A stretch of 39,465 nt of DNA from a virus (Duplodnaviria; Heunggongvirae; Uroviricota; Caudoviricetes). Of the stretch, positions 1 to 7,559 are shown one piece after another; the first letter of the stretch is position 1, and each line of letters opens with the position of its first letter. The notes beneath the pieces are model-generated. The model did not search any database and was not told the origin of the DNA. It worked only from the letters and a program-made list of their open reading frames with translations. The stretch is from the IMG/VR virus record IMGVR_UViG_2529293078_000013. The stretch is one strand, 5' to 3'. Made by a program: the position numbers and the translations under genes.

Positions 1-95
1 GGCACCGACAGCCAAACCGGTATCCTCAAGGGTCATCCTGAAAGGTTCTGTGTTGTGAGATGCGCGTGAGATGCGCAGAATATAGCGCGGCGATT

Positions 96-165
96 TTTTT
101 GATACCGATTTGCATTTCATTTGATACCGCTGAAAAACGCCGATACGCAACTTATTTGATACTAA
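96..165. repeat. Right-end (attR) cluster of three putative transposase-binding repeats, closely spaced
   Basis: TTTGATACC at 98-106 and 120-128, TTTGATACT at 155-163; GAAAAACGC element at 132-140 recalls the CGAAAAACGC of Mu end sites. Confidence 0.6.
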
Positions 166-208
166 ATCGGCGCTTTTCTTTTGAGTTTTAGAATGAGTTT
201 TTAAGCGC

Positions 209-946
209 TCATTCACTCTCTTTCAAACCAGTTTTAACTGTTTGTGGTTTTGGGTAAGGCTGGACTTTGAATAGCTTTGTGTTGAGGCGTTTTCTGGCCC
301 TCTTGTTCAGAAACCGGATGTAACGAAACTGTCGGAACTTATGAACACTGGCTCTGTCAATATTAGCCCTCAGATGTTCACCTCGTTGTCCGCCTCGTTT
401 AATGGCATTCCTGCAAATCTCGTGATACCACTCGCCATCAAGTTCATAGAATATTGATTCATGGCTGCCTACATAATCAAAATTGCTTGCCTGATACACG
501 ACACCAAGACAGCCACAACGCTCATCTGCAAACGACTGAACCCACTGTACCTGCGGATAAAGCTGCCTGATTAGCTTGAGCGCGTAACTGATTGCCCTTG
601 ATTCGGAGTTTCTCGGCATACAGTCATGCAGCCATAGCCGGTTAAGCTCCATATATTCTCGGTTCTGCGTACCCGTTACGACGCGTGCACCACTGTTTGG
701 GTTAAGGGCGTAACCCCATTGCATTACGCCAACAAGTTCCCGTTCTGAAAATATGCCCAGATGAAGGTAGGAGTTATTTACGAAACGGTGGCTGTAATGT
801 TTATTGACGATGACCAGTCTGGCCAGCCAGCAACTTATTGTCTCAACCCGCAACTCACGGGAGCCATAACCAACGATATTGTCGTTATAGCGAATAAGTT
901 CAGGCGTGCTGATGATTCGGGATGTGACTTGCTTTCTGTTCCCCAC
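209..946 (-). CDS. mom: Mom-like DNA modification protein, called from synteny (last gene before right end, overlapped by com)
   Basis: 245-aa ORF whose start overlaps the 3' end of the com ORF by 47 nt; rightmost gene, downstream of gin. Identity rests on position, not on recognised motifs. Confidence 0.55.
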   Translation of the reverse strand: MGNRKQVTSRIISTPELIRYNDNIVGYGSRELRVETISCWLARLVIVNKHYSHRFVNNSYLHLGIFSERELVGVMQWGYALNPNSGARVVTGTQNREYMELNRLWLHDCMPRNSESRAISYALKLIRQLYPQVQWVQSFADERCGCLGVVYQASNFDYVGSHESIFYELDGEWYHEICRNAIKRGGQRGEHLRANIDRASVHKFRQFRYIRFLNKRARKRLNTKLFKVQPYPKPQTVKTGLKESE

Positions 947-1100
947 GACAGGATTTCCTTGTGTATGTGGGGTGCTCTGTGGCGCTCGGAGATGTGATTT
1001 GATTGAGGGTTTTACAGCGCGGACATTTTACTTCCAGATAACTGAAACTGGCCCGTGCCAGTAGCTTATTGCAGTGTCGGCACCGTATGTTTCGATACAT
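900..1100 (-). CDS. com: Com-like zinc-finger translational activator of mom (the six-frame ORF extends to 1145; start at internal Met 1100 preferred)
   Basis: Motif [10 protein letters not shown]...VKCPRCK matches the Mu Com CxxC...CxxC zinc finger as I recall it; overlaps mom start. Confidence 0.75.
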   Translation of the reverse strand: MYRNIRCRHCNKLLARASFSYLEVKCPRCKTLNQITSPSATEHPTYTRKSCRGEQKASHIPNHQHA

Positions 1101-1145
1101 GACCGCATAACCTCCTGCTTTGTTGTTGATGCCTTTCTCATGCAA

Positions 1146-1290
1146 TCGATCGACAAAAACGATCGATTCGATTTGTTTAATTGATACAACAAATAGATTG
1201 AAAAGTCATCAACAATGATTCAGGGAGGTGATTATTTACTTAAAGAAAACGAAGAGTTAGGTGGTGAAAACGATCATAAAATGATCATTT
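1146..1290. promoter_or_regulatory. com-mom upstream regulatory region with a cluster of Dam GATC sites
   Basis: Four GATC sites at 1148-1151, 1161-1164, 1272-1275 and 1283-1286, in palindromic contexts (ATCGATCGA; TGATCATAAAATGATCA); AT-rich. Confidence 0.4.
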
Positions 1291-1679
1291 TATTGACTTT
1301 TTATACAGTGAAGGTAGGATCACGCGTATATGTAGTATGTTTCAAATCAACAGGATACTACATAAAAGTGAAACCCAGCATAGCTGGAACTATGCTGGGT
1401 CAATCTGTAAAAACTTGCATCAATGCTTTACTTCGAGCTCGTGGCGTATCCTATGATATTCCCCGGTCTCCTGTAAAGCAGAGATGCATAAAAAGGAGAT
1501 CTTTATCATGGATGAAAGAGCCTGTTTGCCCTGCCTGTAAGACTCCCTTACAGCTCATCTATCGCCGTTCTCGATCTCAAAATGGCAAGACATACAAACC
1601 CAAAAATGCTTCCTGTTTCAGGATGCTGATATGTCCTGCCTGTTCTCCCAGGAGGGAAAATACACAAAACGTGCATTAA
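1215..1679 (+). CDS. Hypothetical plus-strand protein; C-terminal 55 aa form a two-CPAC zinc ribbon. Likely real start at 1512 (AGGAGA at 1494-1499)
   Basis: Only ORF in a 570-bp stretch lacking minus-strand ORFs; C-terminus CPACK...(x25)...C...CPAC; stop lies 10 nt before the bidirectional hairpin at 1689-1708. The N-terminal 100 aa are doubtful. Confidence 0.35.
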   Translation: MIQGGDYLLKENEELGGENDHKMIILLTFYTVKVGSRVYVVCFKSTGYYIKVKPSIAGTMLGQSVKTCINALLRARGVSYDIPRSPVKQRCIKRRSLSWMKEPVCPACKTPLQLIYRRSRSQNGKTYKPKNASCFRMLICPACSPRRENTQNVH

Positions 1680-1688
1680 CAAACTCAC

Positions 1689-1708
1689 CCGGCAGGGAAA
1701 CCTGCCGG
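1689..1708. terminator. Perfect 8-bp stem / GAAA-loop hairpin between convergent genes (putative bidirectional terminator)
   Basis: CCGGCAGG-GAAA-CCTGCCGG; sits between the stop of the plus ORF (1679) and the stop of the minus 81-aa gene (1718). Confidence 0.5.
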
Positions 1709-1717
1709 TCGGTATTG

Positions 1718-1963
1718 TTACATCATAGTACCGTCAGTTCCGGGCTGAACCGGCTCTGGTTGCTCTACGGGTTGAGGATCATTTTCCGTGCTGTTTTCAG
1801 CCGGAGAACGGCCAACCATTCGGGCCAGCACTTCATCAACATATGCGTCGATTTGTGCCTCAAAATCCTTGCGAACCTGCGCCTTCAGCACGCGGTTCAC
1901 TTCTTCAGAATAAAGTGCCTGTTTGACAAGCTCTTCAGTAACCGTGCCTTTAATCTCTGGCAT
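1718..1963 (-). CDS. Hypothetical 81-aa protein, helical N-terminus with acidic Pro/Glu/Gln-rich tail
   Basis: Protein-like composition; AAGGAGA Shine-Dalgarno 7 nt upstream of ATG; second gene of a two-gene minus-strand operon. Confidence 0.6.
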   Translation of the reverse strand: MPEIKGTVTEELVKQALYSEEVNRVLKAQVRKDFEAQIDAYVDEVLARMVGRSPAENSTENDPQPVEQPEPVQPGTDGTMM

Positions 1964-1998
1964 GAATATTCTCCTTTTGCAGGTATATTGCCCCGTTA

Positions 1999-2181
1999 TC
2001 AGAGCGGGGTCGGGTCGTTTGGGGATGACGGTGCCTGTGCTGTTTTACTGAGTTTTTCAGCTGCCGCATCATCAATTTTACGGCGAATATAATTTCTGAT
2101 GACCTTATAACCACCGCTCACCAGATATAACGCACTGACCACAGCGCAGAAATAAAGCAGCATTGTATGAACGAATGTCAT
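1999..2181 (-). CDS. Hypothetical 60-aa small membrane protein (one predicted TM helix followed by a basic segment)
   Basis: Hydrophobic stretch LLYFCAVVSALYLVSGG then RNYIRRK; immediately upstream of the 81-aa gene. Confidence 0.5.
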   Translation of the reverse strand: MTFVHTMLLYFCAVVSALYLVSGGYKVIRNYIRRKIDDAAAEKLSKTAQAPSSPNDPTPL

Positions 2182-2294
2182 ATAACCTTACCTTTGATAT
2201 TGACTACATAATTCGTTATCGGGTAAAAACATCGAAGCGACTGATAACCACTCCTTCGGGAGTATTTTTATTTTCCTTTATGGGTTAGGTAGCT

Positions 2295-2329
2295 CCCGCC
2301 AGCCATATCATGACCGGCGGGATTTTTTT
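2295..2329 (+). terminator. GC-stem hairpin followed by T7 run; intrinsic-terminator-like, oriented for plus-strand transcripts
   Basis: CCCGCC...GGCGGG stem (2295-2300 / 2316-2321) followed by TTTTTTT (2323-2329); abuts the stop of the 682-aa gene. Confidence 0.35.
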
Positions 2330-4376
2330 ATTCTGTTACCGCTTTTTTCACTTCCACCACAATGCTGTCAATCAGCACCGGGTAAGTTGCATTTTTTGTG
2401 ATATCCGTTACGCGGAGTTTGTCCACCGGGAAAGTTCCTACTGGTGACTGCGTCAGGGTAAACGCGGCACCATCCTGACCATCAATAACCGGAATAACCT
2501 GAAGGCTGTTATTTCCTGCAAAACGGAAGGCCAGCGTATGCCATTCATTATCAAATGCACCAAAGGTTCCCAGTTTCTGGTTATTTGTTGCCACTTTTGC
2601 ATTGTGGTACATCACATTCAGGTCTTTTGCGTCTGTCTGGATGTAGAACGATGCCAGCAGATTATTCCCTGCATCCCCTGTCAGGGTGACACCCTGCGGC
2701 AGAGAGGAAACCGGCCAGTAAAGCCCCATGACATACTGGTTTGCCACCAGGTCGCCAGGTACTTTAAAACGACAACTGATTAAACCACCATTTTTCAGCA
2801 GTTCAGCACCAGTACCGGCATCATGATCCAGATACCAAGATGATTTACCTGTTTCCTTGGTCAGTTTCATTGCCTTACCACCTGTGCCTCCTGCATCACT
2901 GATAATTTCAGCTTTACCGCCAGCCGGCTCCCAGCCCTGGGCTTTCAGATTTCCTTCTGACTCACTGACACGATAAGACAGCAGTGTTGTGGTTACTGCT
3001 TCAGTTTCTGAAGGTGACGGCACTGGTGCTTCAGTTTCAGAAGATGGAACATCGGCTTTTACTGTGGTTCGCCCCGCATGAGTCAGAACTGCCGTGGCCA
3101 GACGGTCGGAAATAATCCCACGACGTGCCCATGAACTGAAATGGCTGGCCCGGTCCGCAGATGTCCAGGTGGCGGCACTGTTACGCCACGTTGAGCCGTA
3201 ATAACCAATGGATTCAATATCCGGGTCTTCTGCCGGATTGTTGGTGGGTACATTCGCGTCATTTTCATCTGTCATTAATGGAACGAAATGAATGTTTTTA
3301 TCTGTTTTGTTTTTGTAGCCGCCATAGATTGCCTGGTATGCCGGTTCATTTTTCTGTTTCCAGAAATACGTGGTATCGCCACAAATCCACGGAACGCCAG
3401 CAGCACTGCCACCGGTACACTGTTCCGCCTGTTCAGCCAGGTCTGCGCGGAATTTTTCCACCATCGCCAGAAACAGCGCGGAATGCTCCGTCGGCTTCGC
3501 ATCAATATCAAACTCGCCCTGCATCCACACCACAGCAAGCAGGCGGTTTTTCGGGTTCTTCGCCAGTGCCGCTTTTGTCCGGCTGATTAAGTCCTTATAC
3601 AGCGGCTTATCCACACCCCAGCGGGCTGAGTCCTCTGAAGCACCCGTGCTGTCACTGTACGTGCCGTCAGCACCCGCCGTGAATGCAGAACCACCACGGC
3701 AGCAGGGAACCAGCAGAATCCCCGCATCTGCCGGAATAAACGGCAGCAGTTTTTTGGCAATGTGAAGCCCCTGACCCACGGTGCCATATTGCCCTTTAGC
3801 CACATCCGCTTTCGGGTGATTTTTTCCACTCATATCCTGCACATCATGCAGACAGTGGTCGGCCAGAATGATGTCGTTATACTGACAGGCTTTACCTCCC
3901 GGCGTGACTGTACTGCGACGGGCTAACTGCATAATACGCGGTTCGGGGCGGTCATATGTCTCCGGCAGTGGCAGACCTTCACCGTAAGCCATACCGTTTG
4001 ACTGACCAGCAAGAACCACCACGTAATACCAGGAAGGGGAGCTGGAAGCAGTTTCATTTCCTGACGGACGGGTATGTGTTTCAGCATTATCCCAGTCTGA
4101 CGGTTCAGCAGTACCGGCAACATCAGCACTTAACGGAATGACCGCACCAATACCCGCTCCGGTAATTTCCACACTCGGATCACCGGATACTGGCCTTACC
4201 CACAGGCAATCCCGTGTATTAAAACTGATGAGACAGTCAGCAAATGTCATTCCTCCTTTTGTTTCGGCCGGAGGAAAGGGAGCCTCAAGAAATGCCGCTG
4301 TACCACCGGAAACTTTAACGGTAAAGTTTCCGGGCATTGATGATAGTTGAACCCATTTGGACGTCATAATATTCAT
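2328..4376 (-). CDS. nanS-p: Prophage NanS-p-like sialate O-acetylesterase (SASA/SGNH-type) with C-terminal lectin-like domain; cargo gene
   Basis: Central region (LAGQSNGMAYGEGLPLPE, VPCCRGGSAFTAG, WMQGEFD, RRGIISDR) closely matches E. coli NanS/YjhS as I recall it; a Pro/Thr/Glu linker and a C-terminal domain follow. Confidence 0.8.
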   Translation of the reverse strand: MNIMTSKWVQLSSMPGNFTVKVSGGTAAFLEAPFPPAETKGGMTFADCLISFNTRDCLWVRPVSGDPSVEITGAGIGAVIPLSADVAGTAEPSDWDNAETHTRPSGNETASSSPSWYYVVVLAGQSNGMAYGEGLPLPETYDRPEPRIMQLARRSTVTPGGKACQYNDIILADHCLHDVQDMSGKNHPKADVAKGQYGTVGQGLHIAKKLLPFIPADAGILLVPCCRGGSAFTAGADGTYSDSTGASEDSARWGVDKPLYKDLISRTKAALAKNPKNRLLAVVWMQGEFDIDAKPTEHSALFLAMVEKFRADLAEQAEQCTGGSAAGVPWICGDTTYFWKQKNEPAYQAIYGGYKNKTDKNIHFVPLMTDENDANVPTNNPAEDPDIESIGYYGSTWRNSAATWTSADRASHFSSWARRGIISDRLATAVLTHAGRTTVKADVPSSETEAPVPSPSETEAVTTTLLSYRVSESEGNLKAQGWEPAGGKAEIISDAGGTGGKAMKLTKETGKSSWYLDHDAGTGAELLKNGGLISCRFKVPGDLVANQYVMGLYWPVSSLPQGVTLTGDAGNNLLASFYIQTDAKDLNVMYHNAKVATNNQKLGTFGAFDNEWHTLAFRFAGNNSLQVIPVIDGQDGAAFTLTQSPVGTFPVDKLRVTDITKNATYPVLIDSIVVEVKKAVTE

Positions 4377-4466
4377 CCTGTTCCTGAATAAACAGAATTA
4401 TCATATCCACAGACCGATAAACGCCATTTTGCGTTAATTCAGTAAAGGCCCAACAAAGGGAGCGTC

Positions 4467-5027
4467 TTATTTTTCCGAAACGCTCGCAGGATAATAACGA
4501 TAAAGGGTTGAAAGGCCGATATCAAAAATAAGTGCCACCTGTCTTCGACTGACACCCCCGGCCAGTAAACGCCCGACCTGCTCGTATTGTTCCTGCGTGA
4601 GACGACGGGGTCTGCCGCCGGTTCGTCCCCTTTCACGGGCAGCTGCAAGACCAGCCCGTGTCCGTTCGACAATTAATTCACGCTCCATTTCTGCCAGCGC
4701 ACCCATTATGTGAAAAAAGAAGCGCCCCATGGGGGTTGACGTATCAATGTTGTCAGTAAGACTACGAAAATTTATCCCCTGTTGCTGTAATTCATCTGTC
4801 AGCGCAACAAGGTGGCGCATACTGCGCCCCAGCCTGTCCAGTTTCCAGACCATCAGTGTGTCACCGGGTTTTAGTTTCTTCAGTGCCCGCTTCAGTCCCG
4901 GCCGCTGTGTCGTTTTACCACTCATTTTGTCTTCAAAAATCTGCTCACATCCTGCACATTCCAGCGCATTTCTTTGTAAACCGGTGTTCTGGTCATTTGT
5001 TGATACGCGTATATAGCCAATCAGCAT
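4467..5027 (-). CDS. gin: Serine recombinase / DNA invertase (Gin/Hin/Pin/Cin family)
   Basis: MLIGYIRVSTNDQNTGLQRNALECAGCEQIFEDK... is near-identical in pattern to Mu Gin; adjacent to the invertible segment. Confidence 0.9.
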   Translation of the reverse strand: MLIGYIRVSTNDQNTGLQRNALECAGCEQIFEDKMSGKTTQRPGLKRALKKLKPGDTLMVWKLDRLGRSMRHLVALTDELQQQGINFRSLTDNIDTSTPMGRFFFHIMGALAEMERELIVERTRAGLAAARERGRTGGRPRRLTQEQYEQVGRLLAGGVSRRQVALIFDIGLSTLYRYYPASVSEK

Positions 5028-5081
5028 GTATTTACCTTCCTTAAAAAGAGGTGGAAAGGCCTTTTAAAGCAGATATACGGC

Positions 5082-5107
5082 ATCCCTGAAACCTCGGTTT
5101 ACGGGAT
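5082..5107. other. gix-like recombination site, gin-proximal boundary of the invertible segment
   Basis: AAACCTCGGTTTACGGGA matches the centre of the Mu gix site; 13-bp core TCGGTTTACGGGA recurs inverted at 6458-6470. Confidence 0.65.
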
Positions 5108-5452
5108 ACTGTAAACAGGGCCGCGAATGCCCTGCCATCGAACGGAACGGCTGTTGCAGCGAATAAACTCGCCACTCCAAGAAATATTAATGGTGTCCCA
5201 TTTGACGGAACGCAGGATATAAATATTACATCGGGGATGACGCAGTCTGTGGCTGACTCACGTTATGTTCAAAGCATTCGAAGAGGTTCAAGGTCAACGA
5301 TTGGAATGCAATATAATATTTTTGAAGTTCCTGACGGATGCGTACTTACAGGGCTTGATGTCGCTGGTGATGGTAATGCAACGGTAACCGCATATTATCG
5401 ACCTGTTCAGTTTCTGATAGATGGTTCGTGGAAAACAGCTTCCAGCGCATAA
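5090..5452 (+). CDS. Sv': promoterless alternative tail-fibre C-terminal segment (no start codon; expressed only after inversion, fused to the constant part of S)
   Basis: Frame open from the TGA at 5087-5089; encodes NLGLRDTVNRAANALPSNGTAVAANKLATPRNINGVPFDGTQDINITSGMTQS..., colinear with S residues about 175-230, then diverges; ends YYRPVQFLIDGSWKTASSA versus S YYRPVQIYINNAWRTVSSV. Confidence 0.7.
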   Translation, partial: NLGLRDTVNRAANALPSNGTAVAANKLATPRNINGVPFDGTQDINITSGMTQSVADSRYVQSIRRGSRSTIGMQYNIFEVPDGCVLTGLDVAGDGNATVTAYYRPVQFLIDGSWKTASSA

Positions 5453-5531
5453 AAGTGCAGTAGTTCAAAAAACAGATTATCTGAATAAATATATGATGAT
5501 TTTGTCTTTTCAACAAAAACAAGGTGAAATA

Positions 5532-6053
5532 ATGGAGCTTATTAACGTAAAACGATATTACCCGGAACACAAACCCTATGGTGAGGATGTTCAGTATTTC
5601 CAGAGTGAGGACGGAAGGGATTTTTATGAATCTATCCCGCTTTTCACAAAGAAATACAAACTCTGTATTTCGCCTGTAACGGGTATTATCTGCTCTGTTG
5701 CTGAAGATGTCTCTGCTTTATATCCGGCAGGTTTTACTGTTGTTGAAGTGGACGAACTGCCGGAAGGTGTGAATATTGACGGTAACTGGCAGTGTTCTGA
5801 TGGCCTGATATCAAAGGTGCCGGTAAACTGGAAGACGGTTGCTGAAAAGCGTCGCTCATCGCTGCTCCAGGAAGCCAACGAAACCGTGGATGACTGGAAA
5901 ACAGAATTAAAACTGGACATGATTAGCGATGAAAATAAATTACAGCTGACGCGCTGGATGGCGTATATCCGACAGCTTAAAGAAATGCACTTTAATGATA
6001 TTGCCAGTGAGGGGCATTACCAGGCGATTCCCTGGCCGGAAAAACCGGAATAA
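5532..6053 (+). CDS. Tail fibre assembly protein (Tfa/U'-like), partner of Sv'
   Basis: MELINVKRYYPEHKPYGEDVQYF... is a typical Tfa N-terminus; AAGGTGA RBS before ATG at 5532; lies inside the invertible segment. Confidence 0.8.
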   Translation: MELINVKRYYPEHKPYGEDVQYFQSEDGRDFYESIPLFTKKYKLCISPVTGIICSVAEDVSALYPAGFTVVEVDELPEGVNIDGNWQCSDGLISKVPVNWKTVAEKRRSSLLQEANETVDDWKTELKLDMISDENKLQLTRWMAYIRQLKEMHFNDIASEGHYQAIPWPEKPE

Positions 6054-6087
6054 TTCAGAGGGTGCATTCAGCACCCTTTTCTGTGGT

Positions 6088-6999
6088 TTACACTGAACTT
6101 ACCGTTCTCCAGGCATTATTAATATAAATCTGAACCGGGCGATAATAGACCCCACCGATATTGTCCGCAGACCGGGAGCCGGTTTCCTGCACGTTAATAC
6201 CGGAAAGCATACAACCGGAAGGTGCGCTGTAATTCCATGATATTTCATTGCCTCCGGGTGAATGATAGCTCTGTGCTCCAAGCTGAACATTCTGTACATA
6301 CCGGCCATCTGCGGTTGACTGCGTCATTCCTGACGTGATGTTGATATCCTGCGTTCCGTCAAAAGGAACGCCATTAATATTTCTTGGGGTGGCGAGTCTG
6401 TTTGCTGCCACGGCGGTTCCACCCGATGGCAGGGCATCAGCAGCCTTATTTACCGTTTCCCGTAAACCGACGTTATCGATAAAAGCGCCTTTATCCGGAA
6501 TGTCTGCGCCGTTCTGCTCCCTGCGCAGGTAACGGTTATCACCTTCGCTTTTGCTGTAAACATCCAGATTATTACGGGCGGTTCCCGCATTCTCCAGGTC
6601 GGCAAGGTTCTGATCCTTCGCCAGAGCATTAACGTCACCGGGACCAAGACTGTTTTTTGTGGCAAGCGCCCCAAGACCAAGATAACCACGGGCAAGACGC
6701 TGGGCTTCCGCACCGGCATCAGCAATTTCTTTCAGGTTGTTTTTCCGGGAAAAGGCATTCGCAGCGATAATGGCTTTAATGGACAGCGTAAGCTGGTTTA
6801 ACTGCGCCTTATCCGGCTGAATACTGGCTTCAGCCAGAATATTCAGCAGTTCGGCCTGGAGAATATTCAGCCAGTCCTGACCAATCCAGCTGATACCTTT
6901 TTGTCCGTCACCTTCGGTAAACCAGGTGGTGGTATTACTCTGCGCCGGTGCCAGCGCAGGCATATTCGCCACGCCGGAATTATTATCAACATGAAACAT
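6088..6999 (-). CDS. Tail fibre protein S (constant N-terminal part outside, variable C-terminal part inside the invertible segment)
   Basis: 303 aa; the gix site falls at codons IDNVGLR (about residue 175); the C-terminal tip is paralogous to Sv'. Confidence 0.85.
   Translation of the reverse strand: MFHVDNNSGVANMPALAPAQSNTTTWFTEGDGQKGISWIGQDWLNILQAELLNILAEASIQPDKAQLNQLTLSIKAIIAANAFSRKNNLKEIADAGAEAQRLARGYLGLGALATKNSLGPGDVNALAKDQNLADLENAGTARNNLDVYSKSEGDNRYLRREQNGADIPDKGAFIDNVGLRETVNKAADALPSGGTAVAANRLATPRNINGVPFDGTQDINITSGMTQSTADGRYVQNVQLGAQSYHSPGGNEISWNYSAPSGCMLSGINVQETGSRSADNIGGVYYRPVQIYINNAWRTVSSV
6457..6482. other. gix-like recombination site inside S (S-proximal boundary of the invertible segment)
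   Basis: TCCCGTAAACCGA at 6458-6470 is the inverted copy of the 5094-5106 core. Confidence 0.65.
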
Positions 7000-7559
7000 T
7001 AAATAGTCTCCTCTTCATGGCTGTTTGCATACACGTAAATAAACGTCTGCCATGCAGGCTTATAACGGTTCAGAATACATTCCAGCGCACCGCCTTCATA
7101 AATACGCAGCGGCGTGAGAATATCATCCAGCACATTCATATTCCGGTAGCCGGTTTCACTGTTAATCGTGACAATACTGACCCACTGTGAATCCGGTGAT
7201 GGCTGAATATCTATTTCATAACCAAACTCTGCCGCAAACCGGATATAAAATTCACGGTTAAGAGAGGGTTTCATCCGGTATTTATTCCCGGCATAACGCT
7301 GACGCTCCTGAATTGTTGCGCCGGTCATATCACATTCCGGTAACCCCAGATAACGCTCCCAGTCTTCCAGCAGCAGACGGGATGAATCAGGAAAACGTTC
7401 TGCCAGCATCTGGTTACCGGTCCAGGAAACACGCTCCGTGGAATGACTGAGGCCCAGGCACAAAGCCGCAAGAACGGATGACGGCCGCTTATCCCATGCC
7501 AGCCCGTCAGGCAGCAACTGCAACAGGGCACGCTGATGCGGGGTCAGGGTTACAGCCAT
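6999..7559 (-). CDS. Baseplate/tail protein (Mu gp48-position)
   Basis: 186-aa ORF immediately upstream of S, translationally coupled to its neighbours. Confidence 0.6.
   Translation of the reverse strand: MAVTLTPHQRALLQLLPDGLAWDKRPSSVLAALCLGLSHSTERVSWTGNQMLAERFPDSSRLLLEDWERYLGLPECDMTGATIQERQRYAGNKYRMKPSLNREFYIRFAAEFGYEIDIQPSPDSQWVSIVTINSETGYRNMNVLDDILTPLRIYEGGALECILNRYKPAWQTFIYVYANSHEEETI

Noticed and set aside
1631-2092. 153-aa plus-strand ORF
   Set aside because: Antisense to the two minus-strand small genes, which have protein-like composition and a strong RBS; its translation is Leu/Ser/Arg/Cys-rich junk.
3161-3765. Plus-strand ORFs inside the nanS-like gene (141 aa, 131 aa and others)
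   Set aside because: Overlap a gene with strong recognisable similarity on the opposite strand; compositionally implausible.
5624-5920. 98-aa minus-strand ORF inside the invertible segment (possible second tail-fibre-assembly gene)
   Set aside because: Ser/Thr-rich, antisense to the well-supported plus-strand Tfa gene, no Tfa-like motifs.
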